From an uncultured Aquiluna sp. (lineage in GTDB: Bacteria; Actinomycetota; Actinomycetes; Actinomycetales; Microbacteriaceae), in contig CAJYLB010000001.1 in the NCBI GenBank assembly GCA_913775595.1, positions 806,001 through 870,000 of the forward strand: 64,000 nt of DNA, given 5' to 3'. Positions 28,417-36,572 of the stretch are shown here, one piece after another (the first letter of the stretch is position 1; each line of letters opens with the position of its first letter). Under the pieces are notes generated by a model. It was given only the letters and a program-made list of their open reading frames with translations, was not told where the DNA came from and did no database searches. The position numbers and the translations under genes are program-made.

Positions 28417-30315
28417 ATGAGAAGGCTCGCGTCGATTTTGGCGTCACTAGTAATCGTCCTTGGATTTGCCGCACCTTCGAGCGCAGAACTGTATAACGTT
28501 CAAAGCGTCTACGACAACAATGATTTCGGCTACATTTACTCAGGCGCCGACATCGAATATTTCTCAGTTTTTGAGTCAACTGACTTCCCTGGGGACCTTT
28601 TCGTGGTCACATACTTCAATGGTTGGGTTGGAAGCTCACGCGGCATGGGCAGTGACTACATGTTTGTCTACTTCGACATCGATGGCGACGGGACTGAAGA
28701 TTACTATCTGATTTCGCCAGATGCCTACCTGCCTGCAGGTGGCGAGGATGCTCTAATGTATAGGGCGTCGGACTATTCAATAGTTGCTGGTTGCGAGGCA
28801 ATAGCGTTTGTATCGGGCGGTTTCTCGAGCTACGACGACAATTACTACGGATTTTACTTCCAAAAAGACTGTCTACCGTTTAGCTCTTCAACAAACATTC
28901 AAGTTCTCTCAAACTATCTCGGCGATTTCGACTACACCCAGTATGGAACTTTCGAAACAGGGGCTTCACAGCAGCTAGCAGCAAACTTTGACAAGCCCTC
29001 AGCAAAACCACTCTTGGCCTTCAATACTGTCTCACCAGCAAAGGAGCCTGCTGACCTGGTCGCTCTTTCCCCCCAACTTCTTAAGTCTGTCGTTCAGGTT
29101 TACTGTGCAAACGGAGTTGGCTCGGGTTGGGTGGCGGACGTCTCAATGCCAGCCTCCGCTGAAAATTCGGGGTATAAGTCCGCGATAATTACAAATCATC
29201 ATGTGGTGGAAGATTGTCTCAGGAGCGGCGCTGTTTCCGTTGTGGACAGTGAAGGCACGACACACGCTGGCGTGGTTTTCGCAAGTGACTCACAAAATGA
29301 CCTTGCAGGCGTATTCATTCAAAATCCGCTGCCGAGCCTAAGGTGGCAGGGCGAAGAGCCTGCCCAAGGTTGGTGGGCTGGGGTGCTTGGATCACCCTCA
29401 CAAATCAGCGGATATCTAACAACTGGGATTATTGGGCTCGTCGAGAGATCCTCGGGGTTAATTAGTGTGACTGCCCCTATACGGCCTGGAAACTCGGGGG
29501 GTCCAGTATTCGACAGGGAGGGACGCGTTGTTGGAGTGGCAACGGCCTACCTGCCTGGTTACGAAAACATAAATGTCGCTGGCGGTGTGCACCTTCTCTG
29601 CGAGGAAATAATCTCCTGCTCGAGTTCCAACATGGTTTGGAGCAAGTCCCTGCAAGACGCCCCAGCTGAGGAAGCTTCCGTCGATGCGCCTCCAGCGGAG
29701 CTTGGAGACGAAACAGTTGATGGCGGAGTCCTTGTGCAGAGGGCGGGTAGCCAGGTTTTCATCACAAGTGCTGACCTCCAAGGTGATTTTGAGATTTATG
29801 AGGATGGGGAGCTAATTGACAGCTTTACCTTTGATGGTGTAGCCCAGGCATACATCGTCGAACAACGTGTGACTGGAGGCATACAAATCCGTCAGATTAT
29901 CAACGGGGTGGCCTCGTTGGTAGCTTATGACTTCACGAAGACTTTGCTCTGGTTTCAAAATGTAAACCTCGGCTCATTCTCTGAGACCGACCTCGGCTCG
30001 AGTGCCCGAGACAAGGTTTCTAACCTCGTCAACCACCGTTACTCAGACTCAGGCAATTGGAAACAGAGAGATTCTGAAGTTACAAAATTTATTTGCACTG
30101 GCATCTATCGAGAAGGCGGTTCTGCAGCCGAGAAGTTAAGCGCCCGAAAGAAAGCGAAGCTTGCCTGTGAGAGCGCAAAGGTTTTGGACAACGACCCAAA
30201 TTCGCAAGTGTCTTTCTTTTACCAAACTAAGCCGACTAAAGCTGCGTCCTACGTAGGGAAGGTTCTCGTCACCGTTAAAGGCATAGAGCCTTTTGTGGCA
30301 TCAAGAATCAACTAG
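28417..30315 (+). CDS. secreted trypsin-like (S1) serine protease with C-terminal KFICTG domain
   Basis: signal peptide; triad ITNHHVV / NDLAG / PGNSGGP. Confidence 0.85.
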   Translation: MRRLASILASLVIVLGFAAPSSAELYNVQSVYDNNDFGYIYSGADIEYFSVFESTDFPGDLFVVTYFNGWVGSSRGMGSDYMFVYFDIDGDGTEDYYLISPDAYLPAGGEDALMYRASDYSIVAGCEAIAFVSGGFSSYDDNYYGFYFQKDCLPFSSSTNIQVLSNYLGDFDYTQYGTFETGASQQLAANFDKPSAKPLLAFNTVSPAKEPADLVALSPQLLKSVVQVYCANGVGSGWVADVSMPASAENSGYKSAIITNHHVVEDCLRSGAVSVVDSEGTTHAGVVFASDSQNDLAGVFIQNPLPSLRWQGEEPAQGWWAGVLGSPSQISGYLTTGIIGLVERSSGLISVTAPIRPGNSGGPVFDREGRVVGVATAYLPGYENINVAGGVHLLCEEIISCSSSNMVWSKSLQDAPAEEASVDAPPAELGDETVDGGVLVQRAGSQVFITSADLQGDFEIYEDGELIDSFTFDGVAQAYIVEQRVTGGIQIRQIINGVASLVAYDFTKTLLWFQNVNLGSFSETDLGSSARDKVSNLVNHRYSDSGNWKQRDSEVTKFICTGIYREGGSAAEKLSARKKAKLACESAKVLDNDPNSQVSFFYQTKPTKAASYVGKVLVTVKGIEPFVASRIN

Positions 30316-30320
30316 CGACT

Positions 30321-30440
30321 ACTGCAATTCCTGCAAGTCTCTGCAATTACGGAAGAGCCTGAAAGCACCTCAGCTGAGTCTCGTTGTTCTGTTTTGCTAA
30401 AGATATTTCGTTCCTAGGGACCATTTGCTACCTATTTGCT
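30321..30440. repeat. island arm region copy B (internal)
   Basis: 89/120 identical to 26477-26596 by hand count, no gaps. Confidence 0.85.
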
Positions 30441-30534
30441 GACCAATTGTTACCTCCCGAGTGCTTTCGCGGGTTGCGTTGCGTGGGACAGTCACACTAA
30501 TCTCAAAGTTAGTTAGAGCTATTGGGGGGCCGAC

Positions 30535-31521
30535 ATGTCGCAACCGTTAATTAATCCGAATCAAAAGCAGCCCAAGGAAAAGAAGGCTGATTCTCGACAG
30601 TGGTATCAAAAGAAACGCTGGATGCTTCCAATTGGTTTTTTTGTCTTTGCGTCGCTGATGTCTGCAATCACGGGTGGTGGCGACTCCGACTCTGCTTCGA
30701 CAGAATCTGCTTCTCCCAGTGAAACTGCCTCCGAAACAGCTTCACCCACTGAAGAGGCAAGCGAAGAAGTGGAAATTGAAATTGTTTCGTTGGTCGTGCC
30801 TGACCTCGTGGGACAAAACGCTGCAGACGCTTCGGAAGAACTAGAAGCGATGGGCTTTCTCGAGGTAAACGTTCAGGATGCCACCCGAGAGGAGCGCATT
30901 CCGTTTTTGTACAGCAACTGGTTCGTCTGTGAGATGAGACCTGGCAGCGGCCAAACGCTAGATTCCGATAAAACAATTGTTCTCTTGTCTGTAAAGAATT
31001 CTGAGAGCTGCCCTGTGCCAGGGTCTTCAACGGAGGCTTCGCAGGGCTCGGATAGTTCTGCTGGCGGGAATTCATCGGCAGAAATCTCTGCAGGCACATA
31101 CGTTGTCGGGACTGAAGTCGAGCCAGGTTTGTACCGCTCCTCAAGGTATTGGAGCCGCCTAGATGCAAACCAGGAAATAATCGACAATGATTTGGTCTGG
31201 GGAAATGGCTGGTCCCTGGTGCAGATTCAGGATTCGGACAAATTTATTGAATTCTCTGGTGTTGCTTATGCTCTGGAAGACATGCCTCTTCTTGACCCAA
31301 TTGCCGAGGGCTTCACGGAAGGCACCTATCTTGTTGGAGTTGACATCCAGCCAGGCACATACCGTGTCAACGCTGAAGGTGATTCGATGGCTTATGGCTC
31401 GAGACTCGCGTGCGACCGAGACATTCTGGACAATGACCTCAACTCGGGCAGCGTTATCTTGACTGTGAAGTCAAGTGACTGCATGTTTGAATTCCGAGGG
31501 ATTTTGGAAAAACTCGACTAA
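30535..31521 (+). CDS. membrane-anchored PASTA-domain protein with two GTYxVGxD/ExxPG repeats
   Basis: WYQKKRW then TM; VPDLVGQNAADA..LEAMGF; GTYVVGTEVEPGLY and GTYLVGVDIQPGTY. Confidence 0.7.
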   Translation: MSQPLINPNQKQPKEKKADSRQWYQKKRWMLPIGFFVFASLMSAITGGGDSDSASTESASPSETASETASPTEEASEEVEIEIVSLVVPDLVGQNAADASEELEAMGFLEVNVQDATREERIPFLYSNWFVCEMRPGSGQTLDSDKTIVLLSVKNSESCPVPGSSTEASQGSDSSAGGNSSAEISAGTYVVGTEVEPGLYRSSRYWSRLDANQEIIDNDLVWGNGWSLVQIQDSDKFIEFSGVAYALEDMPLLDPIAEGFTEGTYLVGVDIQPGTYRVNAEGDSMAYGSRLACDRDILDNDLNSGSVILTVKSSDCMFEFRGILEKLD

Positions 31522-31536
31522 GAACACCTTTGGCCA

Positions 31537-32556
31537 ATGTTCATTCCACAGAGCAAGCTGTACAAACCAAACACCGCTGCGATTCCTAGCATTTTAGAGA
31601 ATGGCGAGGTTGCACTCGCCATGTTCCCAGTGGGACTAAATAACAAGGTGCTTACTAACAGGCGACTGCTCTTCATGGACGCACTTGATTCAAAAGTCAA
31701 GGAGTTTATCTCGCTTGAAAATGTTGAGAGTTTCAGCTTCGGAAGTTTCGCTGGCGCACCTCGAATAGACGCTGTGATGAAAGATGGAACAACGATAAAG
31801 ATTGGCTCGGTCGACCAAAAGTGGCTTCCCGATATCCAGCGAATACTGGATTCAGTCCTAGCTGGCGACCTTGACGAAGGTGTCGGACGAACCGCAGAGG
31901 ATAATGCCGCGAGCGCTGAGGCTAGCGAAACATCGAACTCCGACGGTCCCTTACCTCCAATGGTGCGAACGAACGCCCAAAAGGCGTTTCCGAAATGGCT
32001 ACAAAAGTCAATCCATGAACACAAGCGGTCAGATGAAGAGTTACTCATGTTGATAACAGAGCCCTACACAAACCACCAAGGTGCTCTGCTAGTTTTTGAA
32101 GACCGCTGCATGATCGTTAAGGGTGGATTCATCGGCGGATTTATGGCTGGCTCACTCGGTGGGGAGCGCGCCTCAACCTTCTATTTCAATCAAATAACTG
32201 GCATTGAATACAACAGCGGTTTTGTCAACGGTGTCCTAGAGATTCTCACTCCGTCCTACCAGGGAACCGCAAATAAGGACTTCTGGCGAGGAACCACCAA
32301 GTCGCGAAATGCCGATAGTAATGACCCATGGACCCTGAGTAATTGCCTACCGCTAACAAAAGATGGCTACAACTCAGCCAGAGACCTGATTGATGAATTG
32401 AAGCGAATGATTGCTAATTTCGGTAGGCCGAGTCAAAACTCCCAAGCAGGGTCATTCGACTTGGCGACTGAAATTGCAAAACTTTCGGACTTGCACGACA
32501 AAGGCATACTCAGTGAGGCTGAGTTTTCTCAGGCAAAATCCAAGCTTCTTGGCTGA
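31537..32556 (+). CDS. bacterial PH-like domain protein with C-terminal SHOCT domain
   Basis: VLTNRRLLF; EIAKLSDLHDKGILSEAEFSQAKSKLL. Confidence 0.75.
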   Translation: MFIPQSKLYKPNTAAIPSILENGEVALAMFPVGLNNKVLTNRRLLFMDALDSKVKEFISLENVESFSFGSFAGAPRIDAVMKDGTTIKIGSVDQKWLPDIQRILDSVLAGDLDEGVGRTAEDNAASAEASETSNSDGPLPPMVRTNAQKAFPKWLQKSIHEHKRSDEELLMLITEPYTNHQGALLVFEDRCMIVKGGFIGGFMAGSLGGERASTFYFNQITGIEYNSGFVNGVLEILTPSYQGTANKDFWRGTTKSRNADSNDPWTLSNCLPLTKDGYNSARDLIDELKRMIANFGRPSQNSQAGSFDLATEIAKLSDLHDKGILSEAEFSQAKSKLLG

Positions 32557-33038
32557 GGCAGCATTTGTTCCCAATCAGACTTGGCGTAGAGCCCAAAATC
32601 TGAGACCTCAAGGCTAAACATGTCAGTCTTTTTTCACTACATATCTACCACCTAGCCTCTTGGCGGTTCTGCTCCTCTTCCCTAGTCCCTATCGATGAAA
32701 TAGTAAAACGTCTATAACACTCACTGATAGGGGGAGATCCCCCTAAGACCCCCCAAATCAAAGGGCTAGTTGCCCTCACAAGGCCCTGCCAAATTTACCA
32801 ACGTCCCCCCCCAGCAATCCTGCAAAACTCTCTTGCCGTCTAGGCCGTGCTGAGAGCCTATGAGGGGTGCGTCTCGCCCGCTCTACCAAGGACTAAATAG
32901 CCCAATATCTCGAAGCCCTCAGATTCCTGTGTGCGGCCCGACAGTGGTGTGCTGATTTGTGGGCTACTGCCTCACTATTACCTACTAACTGCGCCTGACA
33001 CCAGCCCAACAGCCCCGTATTTGCGGGCAAACTGATAC

Positions 33039-34178
33039 CTACCCCTTTCCACTTTCAAGCTCACTGTTATTAGAAGCAGCCTGCAAACTTCCATGAAATT
33101 GGCCCCTGTGAGCTCCACTCTTATCAGATACCAAGCTTCTGAGGTCATCTACCTGGGGGTGGACATAGGTCGCCAGCGTATAGGCAGGTGACGAGTGCCC
33201 CAGCAACATCTGAACGGCCTTCGGATTAGCGCCACATGCCATCAAATGAGTTGCAACTGAGTGTCTTGCCGAATGCAAAGGCAAATAGCGAACACCGCTT
33301 GCTGCAACAAGTGCTCGCCAGCGCCTTTGGTCAACTGTGGCATCAATCGGCATGTGACCAGCCTCGGCATATAACCATCCGCAGGTTTTGCTCATCTGAC
33401 TAAGGAGCTGTATGACTTGCGAATCAATTGGCAGTTTGCGAGTGGAGTGCTTGGACTTGGTTGGCAGCGAAACTACCCCTTTTCCTGGCAATGAGTTGAC
33501 TGTGCGGGAAATCCTCAGGGTTTTTTCAAATAGGTCAAAATCCTCGAATCTAAGCCCTAAAACCTCCCCCTGACGCATTCCATATCTGAGCGCAAATAAC
33601 CACCTCAGATGCTCTCCTGGGGCCTTATAGGCCGAATTCTGCAGCAGTATCTGCATCTCCTGATAGCTATAGACCTCAGGGGGTTTTGGGGAGTACTTTG
33701 GCGGCTTGATTTTGGACATTGGATTGTGGGCAATTACGCCCTGCGCATGTGCCAATTCGAATGCGCTCACCAGTAGCGAATGCACCTTCCGAACCGTGCC
33801 TGAAGATAAACCCAGCTCCTTTTGCAGATAGCTGTATAGGTCCTGAATCTGAAAAGCCGCAATGGCATCGAGTTTCTGATTCCCAAGAAGCGGAACTAGA
33901 TAGTTATTAATGTGCGACTGAAAGCCCCAGGAGGTTGTTGGGCTTACTTCTAGCTGTTTCTTATCCAGCCAATAACCAAGCCAGCTTGAAAACTCAGGGG
34001 TTTCCTTGCTGGGTAGGTTCAAAAACCCCTGCTGCTGCCTGGCATGAATCTCGGCGAGCAATATGTGTGCCTGTTTGTAGCTTTCTGCGGTCTTGGTTCT
34101 GGTTCTGCCGAAAGAATCCAGGTATTGAATGCGAAATTTGCCCCTGTAGGGAAATACGCTTGCGCTTTTTCTTGGCAT
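33039..34178 (-). CDS. int: tyrosine recombinase/phage integrase
   Basis: YGMRQGEV (R), PTKSK (K), LHSARHS (HxxR), LLGHS (H), TLATYVH (Y). Confidence 0.95.
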   Translation of the reverse strand: MPRKSASVFPYRGKFRIQYLDSFGRTRTKTAESYKQAHILLAEIHARQQQGFLNLPSKETPEFSSWLGYWLDKKQLEVSPTTSWGFQSHINNYLVPLLGNQKLDAIAAFQIQDLYSYLQKELGLSSGTVRKVHSLLVSAFELAHAQGVIAHNPMSKIKPPKYSPKPPEVYSYQEMQILLQNSAYKAPGEHLRWLFALRYGMRQGEVLGLRFEDFDLFEKTLRISRTVNSLPGKGVVSLPTKSKHSTRKLPIDSQVIQLLSQMSKTCGWLYAEAGHMPIDATVDQRRWRALVAASGVRYLPLHSARHSVATHLMACGANPKAVQMLLGHSSPAYTLATYVHPQVDDLRSLVSDKSGAHRGQFHGSLQAASNNSELESGKG

Positions 34179-34388
34179 CTTCGTCCTCTCATTTCGAGAG
34201 ACTTAGCTGCTGGCAGAAGGCAATAAGGGCAAATGTGGCCAAGGCTTATAGGGCTTCTAGGGCTAACCCTGAAACGCCCCTGCAACCTGGCTTATGGGGA
34301 GCCTTGCTAGCGCCGAGCTACCAATTTGCTACCAATTAGCCTTTTTGCCTGCCGCTTTGCCGCATCGCAATTTACGTGCATGTCGGGG

Positions 34389-34466
34389 AACCAAAGTCAG
34401 CGGTGAGGTGTTCCTAGAGAGCCGACTACGGGACTCGAACCCGTAACCCCCGCTTTACAAGAGCGG
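34389..34466. repeat. att direct repeat copy 2
   Basis: identical to 26367-26444. Confidence 0.95.
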
Positions 34467-34492
34467 TGCGCTACCAATTGCGCCAAGTCGGC
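34420..34492 (-). tRNA. tRNA-Thr(TGT)
   Basis: GCCGACT/AGTCGGC acceptor stem, CCGCT-CTTGTAA-AGCGG anticodon arm, GTTCGAG T-loop. Confidence 0.96.
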
Positions 34493-34513
34493 TGGCGGCA
34501 TAAAGCCTAGCGG

Positions 34514-35359
34514 CTACTCTGCAGTAGCCACCTGAACGAACTGGGCAAAGCGCTCAGCCGAGACCAGCTCCTCGCCAGTAGCCCAGGTGTACTGAAGGCC
34601 GTTGACGAGAATGGTTGGTGTTCCAGTGACGCTAACGCCATCCTGTGGATTGTTCAGAACCTCTTGAGTGTGCTGAGCAACATAGTCTCCAAAGCTCTTT
34701 GCCTGGATGCAGCCCTTGATCTCCTCTGAGCCGGCTCCTGCCTCCTCGGCAAAGGCAAAGATTGCATTGTCATCGTGACCGTCACCACCCTCGCTTGACT
34801 GATTGAGCATCATGATTTCGTGGAAATCATAGAAAGCATCTGGCTCAAAGTTGGCGACACAGAATGCGGCATTAGCAACCCTTGAGGAGTACTGGTTGAG
34901 AGATGCTCTGTCGAGAAAGGAAATGGGCCTAATCTCAACAGTTGCTGCACCGGTGTCAACCCAAGAGCGGATCTGAGCTGAGTTCGGAACATCAAATGCC
35001 TGACAGATTGGGCACTGGTAGTCAACGTAGACAACAATCTCGGGCACATCCCCAGCTGCATCTGCGGTTGGGGTCTTGGTGTCAGTGAAAGCTTGCAGTC
35101 CAACACCAACCTTCAGGCCACCAAGCTCGGTTAGGTTGTTAGGAACCTCATCGACAACCGGGGCATCCGCACGGTTGGCGGCTTCGATTGCAATAACACC
35201 CGCAACACCTCCAACGATGCCGAGCGCGACAAGTACCACCGAAAGCTGAATGATGAGCTTGTTGCGCTTTTCCTTCTTGGCGCTTTTCTCCCTCAGTTCT
35301 CGGGCTTTGTTTCTTGCGGCCTCGCGCTGCTCGGACCTGGTTGGCTTGGGATTTGACAA
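34514..35359 (-). CDS. DsbA family membrane-anchored thioredoxin-fold protein
   Basis: YVDYQCPIC, GTPTILVNG. Confidence 0.9.
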   Translation of the reverse strand: MSNPKPTRSEQREAARNKARELREKSAKKEKRNKLIIQLSVVLVALGIVGGVAGVIAIEAANRADAPVVDEVPNNLTELGGLKVGVGLQAFTDTKTPTADAAGDVPEIVVYVDYQCPICQAFDVPNSAQIRSWVDTGAATVEIRPISFLDRASLNQYSSRVANAAFCVANFEPDAFYDFHEIMMLNQSSEGGDGHDDNAIFAFAEEAGAGSEEIKGCIQAKSFGDYVAQHTQEVLNNPQDGVSVTGTPTILVNGLQYTWATGEELVSAERFAQFVQVATAE

Positions 35360-35495
35360 GGTTGGTTCCTTTTCATCTCAGTTGGGTAAAACCGTCCCCC
35401 ATTCTAAGTTGAAGATGCGATACTTATGAAGCCTCAAACGGGGCACTCGTCACAACGGATCGTCCGGCACGTACCTGCCGGTGAAGGAGTAAGAA

Positions 35496-36569
35496 ATGGC
35501 ATCAGTATCTTTTAAGGGTGCAACCCGCCTCTATCCAGGCGGAACCAAGCCAGCTGTAGACAAGCTGGATCTCGAGGTAAAAGACGGAGAATTCCTAGTT
35601 CTCGTCGGACCCTCTGGTTGCGGTAAGTCAACCTCTCTCAGAATGCTCGCTGGCCTCGAAGAGGTAAACGAGGGTGGCATCTACATTGGCGACAGGGACG
35701 TCACCGATGTTCCACCAAAGGACAGGGACATCGCCATGGTGTTCCAGAACTACGCTCTCTACCCTCACATGACCGTGGCTGAGAACATGGGCTTTGCCCT
35801 CAAGATTGCGGGCGTAAGCAAGGAAGAGCGTGCGGAGCGAGTTTTGGAAGCAGCGAAGCTTCTCGACCTCGAGCCTTACCTAAACCGCAAGCCAAAAGCT
35901 CTCTCTGGTGGACAGCGTCAGCGTGTTGCCATGGGCCGCGCCATCGTGCGTAAGCCGCAGGTGTTCTTGATGGATGAGCCACTGTCGAACCTGGATGCGA
36001 AGCTTCGTGTTCAGACTCGTACCCAGATTGCCTCGCTGCAGCGCAGGTTGGGGGTAACCACCGTTTACGTTACCCACGACCAGGTTGAGGCCATGACAAT
36101 GGGTGACAGGGTTGCCGTTTTGAAGGACGGCCTCCTCCAGCAGGTCGACTCACCTCGCAACCTCTACGACAAGCCACAGAACGTCTTCGTTGCTGGCTTC
36201 ATTGGCTCCCCAGCCATGAACCTCGTGCAGCTTGAGATTGTCGAAGGCGGTGTCCAGTTTGGTGATGAGGTTCTTCCTGTCGACAAGGCGGTTCTTGCAA
36301 AGGCAACTGGCAAGAAGGTCGTCGTCGGTGTTCGTCCAGAGAAGCTAAGCCCAGCCCCACACGGCCTTGAGTGCCACATCGATGTTGTCGAGGAGCTTGG
36401 AAGCGATGGCTACCTCTACGGTCGTGTTCAGCTTGATGGCACAGAGCAGAACGTAGTTGTTCGCGTCGACCCCATCGACCACCCCAAGGCTGGCGAGAAG
36501 ATTCACCTGCACGCAGACAAGGACGCAGTCCACGTCTTCGATGCAGAGACTGGCGAGCGTCTGAACTAA
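35496..36569 (+). CDS. msiK: sugar ABC transporter ATP-binding subunit (MsiK/UgpC)
   Basis: [31 protein letters not shown] domain. Confidence 0.9.
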   Translation: MASVSFKGATRLYPGGTKPAVDKLDLEVKDGEFLVLVGPSGCGKSTSLRMLAGLEEVNEGGIYIGDRDVTDVPPKDRDIAMVFQNYALYPHMTVAENMGFALKIAGVSKEERAERVLEAAKLLDLEPYLNRKPKALSGGQRQRVAMGRAIVRKPQVFLMDEPLSNLDAKLRVQTRTQIASLQRRLGVTTVYVTHDQVEAMTMGDRVAVLKDGLLQQVDSPRNLYDKPQNVFVAGFIGSPAMNLVQLEIVEGGVQFGDEVLPVDKAVLAKATGKKVVVGVRPEKLSPAPHGLECHIDVVEELGSDGYLYGRVQLDGTEQNVVVRVDPIDHPKAGEKIHLHADKDAVHVFDAETGERLN

Positions 36570-36572
36570 TAG

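Larger units (their letters stand above)
26367..34466. mobile_element. integrated genomic island at tRNA-Thr(TGT)
   Basis: 78-bp terminal direct repeat, tyrosine integrase next to tRNA, visibly more AT-rich cargo. Confidence 0.92.

Noticed and set aside
26477..30440. CRISPR array or classical integron attC sites
   Set aside because: No regular repeat-spacer series, no cas genes, no GTTRRRY-bounded palindromes; the integrase is phage-type.
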